From: Sphingomonadales bacterium
GTDB taxonomy: Bacteria; Pseudomonadota; Alphaproteobacteria; Sphingomonadales; Sphingomonadaceae
Assembly: GCA_031371635.1 (NCBI GenBank)
Contig: JANMJZ010000008.1
Span: 34-64,033, forward strand
Direction of reading: 5' to 3'
DNA length: 64,000 nucleotides
The translations under genes were made by a program, and so were the position numbers. Positions within the stretch are counted from its first letter, which is position 1. Every line of letters begins with the position of its first letter. This document shows positions 38,925 to 47,271 of this stretch, piece by piece. Under the pieces are notes generated by a model. The model ran no database searches. It saw only the letters and a list, made by a program, of their open reading frames with translations, and was not told the DNA's origin.

Positions 38925-39323
38925 GTGCGGACTGCGGCGCGAATCGTTCTTGCGCTGGCTTATCTCATCGCGGGCGTCGCCCATGTCGCCGCGCCCAGCG
39001 GCTTCGTCCGGATCACGCCTGCCTGGGTCCCGTTTCCGCATCAGGTCGTGGTCGCGACGGGAGCGTGCGAGGTCGCAGGGGCGCTGGCGCTGCTGTTTGT
39101 GCCCTCGCTGCGTCGCGCGGCGGGGATTGCCTTTGCGGCCTATGCGATCTGTGTATTCCCCGCGAACATCAACCACGCGATCAATAATGTCGCATTGGGC
39201 GGGACGACCCTGAGCTGGTGGTATCACGGCCCGCGTCTGGCGCTGCAGCCGGTCATCGTCTGGTGGGCGCTCTGGGCGTCCGGGCTCATCGACTGGCCGT
39301 TTCACCGTCGGCAGCGCCACTGA
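38925..39323 (+). CDS. DoxX-like membrane protein
   Basis: 132 aa with four hydrophobic helices. IVLALAYLIAGVAHV....VATGACEVAGALALL resembles DoxX-like proteins. Confidence 0.6.
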   Translation: MRTAARIVLALAYLIAGVAHVAAPSGFVRITPAWVPFPHQVVVATGACEVAGALALLFVPSLRRAAGIAFAAYAICVFPANINHAINNVALGGTTLSWWYHGPRLALQPVIVWWALWASGLIDWPFHRRQRH

Positions 39324-39376
39324 GCGGTCGGCGGTGACGAGGCTCTTGCCCCGCCACCGCGCCGCCTGTTGGTAAA

Positions 39377-39631
39377 TCAGCCGATGTGCTTGCTGACCGC
39401 AGCGGTCATCTTGAACATCGAGATAGGCGCCGTTCCGATAACCTTGCCGAGCGTCGCATCGGGATTGATTGTGCGCTTGTCCTTGGCGTCCTGCAGATCA
39501 TGCTTCTTGATATATTCCCAGACCTTCGACGTGATCTGGCTGCGGGGCATCGGCCCCTGGCCGGTGATCGTGGCGAGATCGGCCGAAACCTTTACGGGCG
39601 TCATCAGCGCATTTGGTTTCTTGTCAGCCAT
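39377..39631 (-). CDS. SWIB/MDM2-domain protein
   Basis: 84 aa. ..PVKVSADLATITGQGPMPRSQITSKVWEYIKKHDLQD..DKRTINPDATLGKV.. is the SWIB pattern. Confidence 0.85.
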   Translation of the reverse strand: MADKKPNALMTPVKVSADLATITGQGPMPRSQITSKVWEYIKKHDLQDAKDKRTINPDATLGKVIGTAPISMFKMTAAVSKHIG

Positions 39632-39827
39632 GTGTTCTTCCTCCCTTACGAACTTTTCGCTAGAATACAGTCAGGCACGGCGCCTGAGTAACCATGCTGG
39701 CGCACTCGTAGTGCGAATACAAGACGTTGGCGATACCCCTGCGCCCCGGGACGGAATTAGGCGACCGAGAGACCAACTCGCCAACGTGCTGTGAATGCCC
39801 TACAGCCGAGCGCAGAGGAGAAGCCGG

Positions 39828-39953
39828 ATGGCCAAAAGCCAGAAGAAATCGAACAAGGAAGTCCGCAAACCGAAGGCCGAAAAGCCGCCGAAAACAAATG
39901 CTTCCAATCCGTCGAGCAAGACCGGCGGTTCGGGTCTCGTGACGATCAAGTAA
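39828..39953 (+). CDS. 41-aa lysine-rich micro-protein (below ORF-track cutoff)
   Basis: ATG at 39828 preceded by GAGGAGAA. The translation is MAKSQKKSNKEVRKPKAEKPPKTNASNPSSKTGGSGLVTIK, followed by TAA. It ends 15 nt before the phnA-like start. Confidence 0.45.
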   Translation: MAKSQKKSNKEVRKPKAEKPPKTNASNPSSKTGGSGLVTIK

Positions 39954-39968
39954 AGGACAGGTGGGGGC

Positions 39969-40268
39969 ATGTCCGACGAAGAATATGTTTACGACGAACT
40001 GAGCGGGGAATGGGTACCCGCCAGTGAAATCGCCACGGCGACCGCTGGCGACACCGTCGAGGTGCGCGATGCCGTGGGTAACCTGCTCGCCGATGGCGAC
40101 CAGGTGACGCTGATCAAGGACCTGACCGTCAAGGGCGCGGGGCAGACGCTGAAGCGCGGCACGCTGATCAAGTCGATCCGGCTGACGGGCGACGCGCAGG
40201 AAATCGACTGCCGTTACGAGGGCATCAAGGGCCTTGTCCTGCGTGCCGAATTCGTGCGCAAGCGTTGA
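39969..40268 (+). CDS. PhnA/YjdM-domain protein
   Basis: VRDAVGNLLADGDQVTLIKDLTVKGAGQTLKRGTLIKSIRLTGDAQEIDCRYEGIKGLVLRAEFVRKR matches the PhnA C-terminal domain. Confidence 0.85.
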   Translation: MSDEEYVYDELSGEWVPASEIATATAGDTVEVRDAVGNLLADGDQVTLIKDLTVKGAGQTLKRGTLIKSIRLTGDAQEIDCRYEGIKGLVLRAEFVRKR

Positions 40269-40858
40269 GCGGCGTCGGGCCGGCCGACGAAGCGCCAGGC
40301 ATTGCCGCCCGTGCCGTGCGCCGGCTCCTGATCGCGCTCTACCGATACGGGAAATGGACGTCGGTCGGGACCGTGCCGGAGCCGCAGCGCTTCGTCCTGA
40401 TTGCGGTCCCCCATACCAGTAACTGGGACTTCCCCAATTTTCTCGGCGTGACCCATGCGCTCGGCATCCGCACCCATTTCATGGCCAAGGCATCGCTGTT
40501 CCGCTGGCCGATGGGCGGCTTCATGCGGCAGGTCGGCGGTGTCCGGCTCGACCGTGCCAAGGCCCGCGACACCGTCCAGCAGATGGTCGACGAATTCGCC
40601 AGGCGCGATGCGTTCGTGCTGACGATCGCGCCCGAGGGGACGCGCGGTGCCGTGACCAAATGGCGCACGGGCTTCTACCAGATCGCGCTCAACGCGAACG
40701 TGCCGATCGTTTGCGGCTTCATGGACTATTCGACCCGAACTTCAGGGTTGGGCCCCGTCATCGTTCCGACGGGCGATTATGAAGCGGACATGGCGCCGGC
40801 TCTGGCGTTTTACCGTGATATCCAGGGCAAACATCCGGCCCGGCACAACCCGGCCTGA
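40265..40858 (+). CDS. lysophospholipid (1-acylglycerol-3-phosphate-type) acyltransferase family protein
   Basis: HxxxxD motif (HTSNWD) and IAPEGTR. The start is uncertain (TTG 40265 or GTG 40316). Confidence 0.75.
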   Translation: MSGVGPADEAPGIAARAVRRLLIALYRYGKWTSVGTVPEPQRFVLIAVPHTSNWDFPNFLGVTHALGIRTHFMAKASLFRWPMGGFMRQVGGVRLDRAKARDTVQQMVDEFARRDAFVLTIAPEGTRGAVTKWRTGFYQIALNANVPIVCGFMDYSTRTSGLGPVIVPTGDYEADMAPALAFYRDIQGKHPARHNPA

Positions 40859-40862
40859 AGCC

Positions 40863-41348
40863 ATGGACGAAGCACTCTCGCTCATCGAGTTTTCTGACGA
40901 TCTCGCCGCCGAGTTCAAGCGGATCAATGCCGAATGGATCGACGCCATGTTCGTCATGGAGGCGACCGACCGCGATGTGCTCGACAATCCCCGCGCCCGC
41001 ATCGTCGACACCGGTGGCGCCATCCTGTTTGTCGCGGTCGACGGGATCGGTATCGTGGGGACCTGTGCCCTCAGGAAGACCGGCCCGGACGCCTTCGAAC
41101 TGACCAAGATGGGCGTTACCGCCGCCGCCCGGGGACGCAAGGCGGGCGAATTCCTGCTTGCCCGGGCCATCGACCGGGCAAAGGCAATGGGCGCGTGCGA
41201 GCTTTATCTGCTGACCAGCCAAAAATGCGAAGCGGCGATCCATCTTTATGAAAAGCTTGGCTTCGTTCACGACGCCGGGGTCATGGCGCGCTATGGCGCG
41301 ACCTACCAGCGATGCGATGTCGCGATGGACTACCCGCTCGTCGGCTGA
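40863..41348 (+). CDS. GNAT-family N-acetyltransferase
   Basis: 161 aa from the ATG at 40863. The acetyl-CoA loop RGRKAGEFLLARAIDRAK and ..YEKLGF... Confidence 0.8.
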   Translation: MDEALSLIEFSDDLAAEFKRINAEWIDAMFVMEATDRDVLDNPRARIVDTGGAILFVAVDGIGIVGTCALRKTGPDAFELTKMGVTAAARGRKAGEFLLARAIDRAKAMGACELYLLTSQKCEAAIHLYEKLGFVHDAGVMARYGATYQRCDVAMDYPLVG

Positions 41349-41941
41349 ACCTGAGCCGCAGGCGCGCGGCTTTCCGCCATCAACTGCGATGGAAACGGTT
41401 CGACAAGGGCTCGCGCCGCTGCCCAGTCCGCGTTCAGCCAGCGGTCGTAGTCCCAGGGGTTGAGGATCACAGGCATCGCCTTGGGGTGGACGGCGCCGAC
41501 CATAGGGTTCGGCTCGCAGGTCAGGAAGGCAAAACTCGCCACCTCGCTGTCGCGCCAGATCCCGGCAAAGGCAAAGACCGGTTCGGACGGCACCGAGAAC
41601 CAGTGTTGCGTCCGCGCGCCTTTGGTCCCGCCCCATTCCATGAAGCTGGTAACGGGCACCAGGCAGCGAAAGCCGGTATGGCGCAGGGTGCCGACCCAGA
41701 ACGGCGAATCGAGGTTGCGGACATTATGGACGGGCCGGCCGCCCTCGGCTGCAATCTTGGGTGGTGGCGGTACGCCCCATACTCGCGGCACAAGGATTCG
41801 ACCTTCACGACCTTGCACCACCACGGGGGCGAACTTGCCCGGCGCAACGTAATTCGGCTGCCACGGATCCGGGCCGGGATCGGCGTCGAACACGGCGGCG
41901 ATCTGGTTAGCGGGAGCGTCGAGGCGGTAGAGCAGGCACAT
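41330..41941 (-). CDS. SOS-response-associated peptidase (SRAP/YedK family)
   Basis: Starts MC.. (catalytic Cys2). NVRNLDSPFW, RCLVPVTSFMEW and HPKAMPVIL blocks. The 3' end overlaps the GNAT gene by 19 nt. Confidence 0.8.
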   Translation of the reverse strand: MCLLYRLDAPANQIAAVFDADPGPDPWQPNYVAPGKFAPVVVQGREGRILVPRVWGVPPPPKIAAEGGRPVHNVRNLDSPFWVGTLRHTGFRCLVPVTSFMEWGGTKGARTQHWFSVPSEPVFAFAGIWRDSEVASFAFLTCEPNPMVGAVHPKAMPVILNPWDYDRWLNADWAAARALVEPFPSQLMAESRAPAAQVQPTSG

Positions 41942-42078
41942 ACCGCCACCTGCGGCTCAACGCGGACGAAGGTCAAGCGCATCCAGTCAGGCAAAAATCC
42001 CGCCAATACGATACCGTAATGCCCCGGTAATCGGCGCAAAAAAACCTCATACAATTGCGTTCGTTCTATAATTAGGGG

Positions 42079-42402
42079 GTGTTGCAGACTGAAGTCTCAT
42101 CGGCGGCCGTTGCCCCCATCGAAGCCCGCGCTTCGGAACGTCGGCGCGTGGCCATTCGGGCGCTCGTGCGAGAAGCCGGGTCTTTTCGTGTCGACATCGA
42201 CGTGATCGATCTTTCCGCCAGCGGCTTTCGCTTTGAAAGTGTTTATGATTTCGCGATTGGCGCCCGCGTCTTCCTGTCCGTGCCGACTCTGGCGGCCATG
42301 GAAGCCGTGATCGCCTGGCGAAAGGGGTCTGCCTTTGGTGCCCGACTGCTCCGCCCGTTGCACCAGTCGGTTTTCGAAATGCTTGCCGAACGCTACGGGT
42401 AG
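42079..42402 (+). CDS. single-domain PilZ protein, paralogue of 38588..38902
   Basis: RVAIR (RxxxR) and DLSASG (DxSxxG). The C-terminal half aligns with the 38588 ORF (VFLSVPTLAAMEAVIAWRKGSAFGARLLRPLHQSVFEMLAERY versus VYLTIPTFSAMEAIVAWRDKSGFGCKFIQPLHPAVFDMIARRH). Confidence 0.75.
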   Translation: MLQTEVSSAAVAPIEARASERRRVAIRALVREAGSFRVDIDVIDLSASGFRFESVYDFAIGARVFLSVPTLAAMEAVIAWRKGSAFGARLLRPLHQSVFEMLAERYG

Positions 42403-42628
42403 AGCCCGAACTAGGTGCGCCTTGCCGTCAGGCACAACCCCCTAACGCTTGAAAACAGGCAGTGCCCGCGTGCTAAGCGCCGCAAAGCGTCGGGGCGCAA
42501 ACAGCGCGAGCTTGCGTGTCCAAGCCAAATCCGGGTCGGCGGGGTGGGTGCCCAGCAGATATTCGCCCGACGATATTTTGCGGATCATGCGCGAAGAACG
42601 CTGATCGGCTGCTGCGGTTTCGCGCGTG

Positions 42629-43147
42629 TCAGCTAAAAAGCCATTGCCCGAGCAATCGATTGAACGGAAATGTAAAAAATCCCGCAATCAACAGCGCGCC
42701 CGTCACCATCGCACGTACCGATCGGCGGTGGCGCTTCACATTGTGCGTTCGCGCGCTCCACGCGAGGATCGGCACCTGGATCAGCGTCCACACCGACAGG
42801 ATGTGAATGATGCTGAACCCGCCACGGTTCACGTTGCGCACGAACAGGCTGAGGAGCGCCGTGGCAATCATCGCGCCGACCCAGATCCAGCCGAGCTGGC
42901 GGTGGGCCGGCGTGCCACGCGGGCGCAGCAGCATTACCGGGGTCAGGGCAACGGCAACCATGATCGTCAACAGGTGCGGCCAGATCAGCACCGGTACGGC
43001 CGCCCACTGCGCCCGCCCTCGCAGGATCGCCGCCACGACGCACGCCAGCAGGGCCAGTGCCGCGGCAGACAGAAGCTTTTCATAGGTGTCGGGTGCCAGC
43101 GATCTGGCATAGGGTGTCCGGGCTCGGGCATCGCTGACACTGGCCAC
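42629..43147 (-). CDS. polytopic membrane protein, function unknown (possibly DUF2306-like)
   Basis: 172 aa with four to five hydrophobic helices. Confidence 0.55.
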   Translation of the reverse strand: MASVSDARARTPYARSLAPDTYEKLLSAAALALLACVVAAILRGRAQWAAVPVLIWPHLLTIMVAVALTPVMLLRPRGTPAHRQLGWIWVGAMIATALLSLFVRNVNRGGFSIIHILSVWTLIQVPILAWSARTHNVKRHRRSVRAMVTGALLIAGFFTFPFNRLLGQWLFS

Positions 43148-43193
43148 CTTATTTCCCCCTTTATTCGCACGGACTTTGGGCTAGCGTGCGCGG

Positions 43194-44933
43194 ATGCTCA
43201 AGCCCCTCATCGCCGCCTTTGCGCTGCTCGCTGCCGTTCCTGCCTCGGCCACTCCCGCGACCGATTTGAAATCGGTGATCGACGCGCACTGGCAATGGGC
43301 GCTCGCCAACAGCCCGGTCTATGCTTCGATCCTCGGCGACCACCGCGGCGATGGAAAGCTCGAGGACATATCGCTCGCCGCCGCCGACCGTCAGGCCAGG
43401 GAGGCAAGCGCCTTTGTCGCGCGGCTCGATGCCATCCCCGATGCGGGGCTTACGCTCCCCGAACGGACCAACAAGGCCATTCTTCGCCGCCTGCTCGACG
43501 AACAGGTTCAGGGCAACGCCTTTGGCCAGCGGATGATGCTGTTCACCACCTATGCCGGCTGGCACCAGAATTTCGCCGGGCTGGGGGAGAATTCGCCGTT
43601 CAATACGCGGGCCGATTACGAAAGCTATCTGGGGCGTCTGGCGGCCTATCCGGCATATAACGCGGAGGCACTGAAGATTACGCGCGCTGCGCTGGCAGGG
43701 GGCTTTGTCCAGCCATGCGCCGTGCTGACGGGCTTCGAAAGGTCGATCACCGGGGTGCTCGCACCCAGGGTAGAGGACTCGCGCTTCTGGAAACCGTTCA
43801 GGGGAGCGGCGCCGCAGGGCATGTCGGATAGCGACTGGTCCGCGATGAAGGCTCGCGCCGCGACCCTTATCCGCGATACCGTCGAGCCCGAATATCGCCG
43901 GTTCGCGAATTTCTATACCACCGAATATAAACCGAAATGCCGGAATACCGTGGGCGCGTCGGAATTGCCCCGCGGCCGCGAATTCTATGCCTTGCAGGTC
44001 CGCGTCCACACAACGACCGGCCTCATGCCAGACGAGATCCATGCGAAAGGCATGTCCGAGGTTGCCCGCATCCGCGCGGCCATGGACGAGGTCGCGAACC
44101 AGGCAGGCTATGCCGACCGCGCGACCTTCATTGCCAAATTGCGGACCGACCCCGTTTATTTCGCAAAGACCCCCAACGAGCTGATGGCCGCCGCCGCGCT
44201 GCAGGCCAAGACGATCGACGGGCTGCTACCGAAGTATTTCGGACGGCTGCCGCGCCTCCCCTATGGCATTCGCGCCATTCCGGCCGAAACGGCAGAGGGC
44301 ACGACGACGGCCTATTACAGCCAGGGCTCGCCCGCCTCGGGCATCTCCGGCACCTATTACGTCAACACGTCGAAGCTGGCGCAGCGTCCCTTGTGGGAAT
44401 TGCCCGCGCTGACCGCCCATGAAGCAGTCCCCGGCCACCACCTCCAGATTGCGCTGCAACAGGAACTCGACCTGCCCGAATTCCGCAAATATGCCGCCGG
44501 CTTTACTGCCTTTGTCGAGGGGTGGGCGCTGTATTCTGAGAGCGTCGGCGCCGAAATGGGCCTGTACGACACGCCCGAAAAGCGGATGGGGCGCCTGAGC
44601 TATGAAATGTGGCGCGCTTGTCGGCTGGTCGTCGACACCGGCCTCCATTCGAAGGGCTGGACCAAGGAACAGGCGATCGCCTTCATGCGCGACAATACCG
44701 CGCTGACCGACGCGAATATCGAGGCGGAGGTGAACCGCTATATTTCATGGCCGGGGCAGGCGCTGGGCTATAAGCTCGGCGAGCTCAAGATCCGCGAGCT
44801 GCGCGCACGGGCGGAAAAGGCGCTGGGTCCCAGGTTCGACCTGCGCGCCTTCCATGACCGGGTTCTCGGCGGCGGCGCGGTCCCGCTCGACGTGCTGGAG
44901 CGCGACATGGCGGAATGGATCGCGGCGCAATAG
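43194..44933 (+). CDS. secreted DUF885-family protein (metallopeptidase-like HExxH variant)
   Basis: Signal peptide MLKPLIAAFALLAAVPASA. HEAVPGHHLQ and ..EVNRYISWPGQALGYKLG.. blocks are typical of DUF885. Confidence 0.8.
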   Translation: MLKPLIAAFALLAAVPASATPATDLKSVIDAHWQWALANSPVYASILGDHRGDGKLEDISLAAADRQAREASAFVARLDAIPDAGLTLPERTNKAILRRLLDEQVQGNAFGQRMMLFTTYAGWHQNFAGLGENSPFNTRADYESYLGRLAAYPAYNAEALKITRAALAGGFVQPCAVLTGFERSITGVLAPRVEDSRFWKPFRGAAPQGMSDSDWSAMKARAATLIRDTVEPEYRRFANFYTTEYKPKCRNTVGASELPRGREFYALQVRVHTTTGLMPDEIHAKGMSEVARIRAAMDEVANQAGYADRATFIAKLRTDPVYFAKTPNELMAAAALQAKTIDGLLPKYFGRLPRLPYGIRAIPAETAEGTTTAYYSQGSPASGISGTYYVNTSKLAQRPLWELPALTAHEAVPGHHLQIALQQELDLPEFRKYAAGFTAFVEGWALYSESVGAEMGLYDTPEKRMGRLSYEMWRACRLVVDTGLHSKGWTKEQAIAFMRDNTALTDANIEAEVNRYISWPGQALGYKLGELKIRELRARAEKALGPRFDLRAFHDRVLGGGAVPLDVLERDMAEWIAAQ

Positions 44934-45021
44934 CGGGCGGGAAATCATTTCTGCCACGGAACTTCCGCGTCCGGCATCGCCCGGCTAGGCTCGCCCGCAC
45001 ATCCACGCAGGGGGGCTGACC

Positions 45022-46344
45022 ATGGCGAGACTCATCTGGGCATTCGTTTCCGCAGTGGCGGCCTCGACTGCTATTGCTGCCCCCGCGGATCTTCCAAGTT
45101 TGCCGGGCGTCGGCGCGCCGGAACTGGCAAGACAGGGCCTCGACAGCGTCGGCTTTCGCACGGTGACCCTCGTCAACCCCGGCCAGCCCGATCTGGCCCG
45201 GGCGGACCCGAAGACGGGCAAGGTCGAGCTGCGCGACAGGACGCTGCTCGTCGACATCTGGTATCCGGCGACGATCGGCAAGCGCGCGCAGCGCATGACC
45301 TACCGGGACACGCTCTGGGGAGAGCCGCCCCAAGCGCCGGTCGCCTTCACCCAGGCAGGCATGGCGGTTGCCGGGGCGGCCCCCAGCGGCACGGCCCACC
45401 CGCTGGTCGTCGTCTCGCACGGCTACAGCAACAATCCTGCCGTGATGACCTGGCTGACCGAAAACCTCGCGTCGAAAGGCTATGTGGTCGCCGCGATTCA
45501 TCATCGCGACCCCAACCCCTATGTCATTTCGGCCACCGCCCGCGCGGCACCGAACTACGACCGCCCCCGCGATATCGCCTATGTCACGGCCCGGCTGCGC
45601 GCGACTTTGGGGAGCCAGATCGATCCTGCGCGCGTAGCGTTGATCGGCTATTCGCAGGGCGGCTATGGCGTGCTGACGGCGGGGGGTGCCCGTCTCGATC
45701 CCGGGCAGCCGAACATGTCGCTCGTCGCGGGTGGATGGCTTAAAAAGGTCGCGCGCGACACGCCCGGTGCCGACGAGATCGTCGTGCCGGGCGTGCGGGC
45801 GATCGTGGCGATGGCGCCGGGAGGCGGCGGTGAGCACAATGTCTGGGGCGCGGCGGGCCTCGTCGGCATCAGGGCGCCGCTGCTGCTCATCGCGGGCGAT
45901 GCCGATCCGGTCGTCGGCTACACGTTCGGCGCCCGGTCCTTCTTCGAACAGGCGGTCAACAGCGACCGCTACCTGCTGACGTACAAGGGGGCGGGCCATT
46001 CGATCGGGCTCAATCCCGCACCGCCCGCGATGCGTGGATCGGTATGGGACGCGGACTGGTTCGAAGACCCCATCTGGCGATCCGACCGCATCAACGCGAT
46101 CAACCTGCACTTCATCACCGCATTTCTGGCACTGACCCTGCAGGACCGGACGGATATGCGGAGCTATCTCGACGTGCCCGTGGCGAATTCGGACGACGGC
46201 GACTGGAAAGCGCCCGACGGAACTCCCTGGGGCGCCGTCAGCCCGGGCGGCCCCGGCATCACCCTGTGGAAGGGATTCCAGCGTCGCCACGCCCGCGGCC
46301 TTCGGCTCGACCATTTGCTTGCGAGTGTCGGGAAGGGGGACTGA
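45022..46344 (+). CDS. secreted alpha/beta hydrolase (dienelactone / PAF-acetylhydrolase-like)
   Basis: Signal peptide, the nucleophile elbow GYSQGG, and a distal GAGHS. Confidence 0.7.
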   Translation: MARLIWAFVSAVAASTAIAAPADLPSLPGVGAPELARQGLDSVGFRTVTLVNPGQPDLARADPKTGKVELRDRTLLVDIWYPATIGKRAQRMTYRDTLWGEPPQAPVAFTQAGMAVAGAAPSGTAHPLVVVSHGYSNNPAVMTWLTENLASKGYVVAAIHHRDPNPYVISATARAAPNYDRPRDIAYVTARLRATLGSQIDPARVALIGYSQGGYGVLTAGGARLDPGQPNMSLVAGGWLKKVARDTPGADEIVVPGVRAIVAMAPGGGGEHNVWGAAGLVGIRAPLLLIAGDADPVVGYTFGARSFFEQAVNSDRYLLTYKGAGHSIGLNPAPPAMRGSVWDADWFEDPIWRSDRINAINLHFITAFLALTLQDRTDMRSYLDVPVANSDDGDWKAPDGTPWGAVSPGGPGITLWKGFQRRHARGLRLDHLLASVGKGD

Positions 46345-46366
46345 CAGCTGGCGAGGCTGCGCCGAC

Positions 46367-46529
46367 TTAGAAGCTCGTCCAGTCGTCGGCGCCGCTGCTG
46401 ACCAGCGTGATCGACCAGCGGGGCGCCGATGCGCGTTTTATCTGGAACACCTCGCCGGGGGGGAGGGCCTGCTTTATACGTGCCGCCGTTCATGGCGACG
46501 CCGTTCTGCCCAAACGGCAACTGACGCAA
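46367..46529 (-). pseudogene. possible small ORF interrupted at a C7 (plus-strand G7) homopolymer
   Basis: (TTG 46529 / ATG 46493) ..MNGGTYKAGPPP runs into the homopolymer at 46457-46463. The -1 frame after it reads GEVFQIKRASAPRWSITLVSSGADDWTSF then TAA (46367-46369), with 26 of 29 codons ending in G/C. The frame that continues without a shift has poor GC3. Confidence 0.3.
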
Positions 46530-46574
46530 TCAGGCGCTGGCTTGCCATGCTGCCTCGCCGGACCTGATATGCGG

Positions 46575-46588
46575 GCGCAATATTGCGC
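46575..46588. promoter_or_regulatory. perfect 14-bp palindrome GCGCAATATTGCGC
   Basis: Read directly from the sequence. It lies in the 460-bp non-coding gap, about 46 nt upstream (minus-strand sense) of the small-ORF candidate. Confidence 0.3.
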
Positions 46589-46804
46589 TGTCCTACACGG
46601 ACCGAATCTGCAACCTCTCGCCTCGCGCGGCGCCATCAGACAGCGTGCGGTGGCTCTTTCGCAATTCGATTTGGCTTCGTACGCCGTCGAGGCGATACTC
46701 ATCTCATCGTATGCCAGCAACGCTTCGCCGGGCTTTTCGCATGAGATCGTGCGACCTTTGTGACCTTTGGGCGCGCGCCGCAGCGTACCGCCTGCCGGGC
46801 AATC

Positions 46805-47218
46805 CTACCGCTCAGGTACGCTGTTCTGGACCGTATCCTGCTGGCGCTGGCGCTTGGCGTCGCGCATTTGTTGCGCCCAGCAGCCGGTCCAGCCCCCGGC
46901 GCCAACGGCCGAGCAACTGCCCGTGCCGCTTGCCGCGCCCGCATTCAGCGTGTCGTTCGCCTTAGCGGCCCAGCTCTGGTTCTCGGGCGTGATCAATATG
47001 GGACTGCGCAGTTCCTTGGGAATACGATACCGTTCGCTCTCCGGCCGCCGCGAACACACGACGATCTGCTCGCCGCTGGCGTTTGTCGGGCATTTATCGT
47101 TGCCGTACAGGATCAGCACCCGGTCGGTCTGCTGCGCGAGCGCAGGCGACGCGATCATGGGCGTGGCGAAGGTGGCGATGCCAAGGGCGAGAGCGAGAAA
47201 CCTGTTCATGATGTTCAT
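46805..47218 (-). CDS. secreted Cys-containing protein, function unknown
   Basis: MNIMNRFLALALGIATFATPMIASPALAQQ is a signal peptide. The start is ATG 47218 or ATG 47209; the latter has better spacing from GAAAGG. Any longer start would overlap coq7. Confidence 0.6.
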   Translation of the reverse strand: MNIMNRFLALALGIATFATPMIASPALAQQTDRVLILYGNDKCPTNASGEQIVVCSRRPESERYRIPKELRSPILITPENQSWAAKANDTLNAGAASGTGSCSAVGAGGWTGCWAQQMRDAKRQRQQDTVQNSVPER

Positions 47219-47271
47219 CCTTTCACGCGCCCGATGAACGCACGATTGCCGCTTTGGGTACCACTGCTCAC

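Noticed and set aside
41942-42078. LexA/SOS box upstream of the SRAP (yedK-like) gene
   Set aside because: I looked for the alphaproteobacterial GTTC-N7-GTTC direct repeat. Only an adjacent GTTCGTTC without the required spacing is present.
42442-42588. 48-codon minus-strand ORF (MIRKISSGEYLLGTHPADPDLAWTRKLALFAPRRFAALSTRALPVFKR) in the spacer between a PilZ gene and the membrane protein
   Set aside because: GC3 is moderate and there is no ribosome-binding site. The resemblance to a small-protein family I vaguely recall is limited to the first ~10 residues, which is not enough to support a call.
44785-46314. 509-aa minus-strand ORF opposite the alpha/beta hydrolase. Similar long antisense ORFs lie at 48083..49633 (+), 57802..59370 (-), 61062..62714 (+), 491..1735 (-), 29381..30511 (-) and 40758..41636 (-).
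   Set aside because: All are Arg/Gly/Ala/Asp-rich with no recognisable domains. Each mirrors a gene on the other strand that has clear family motifs, so they are high-GC shadow ORFs.
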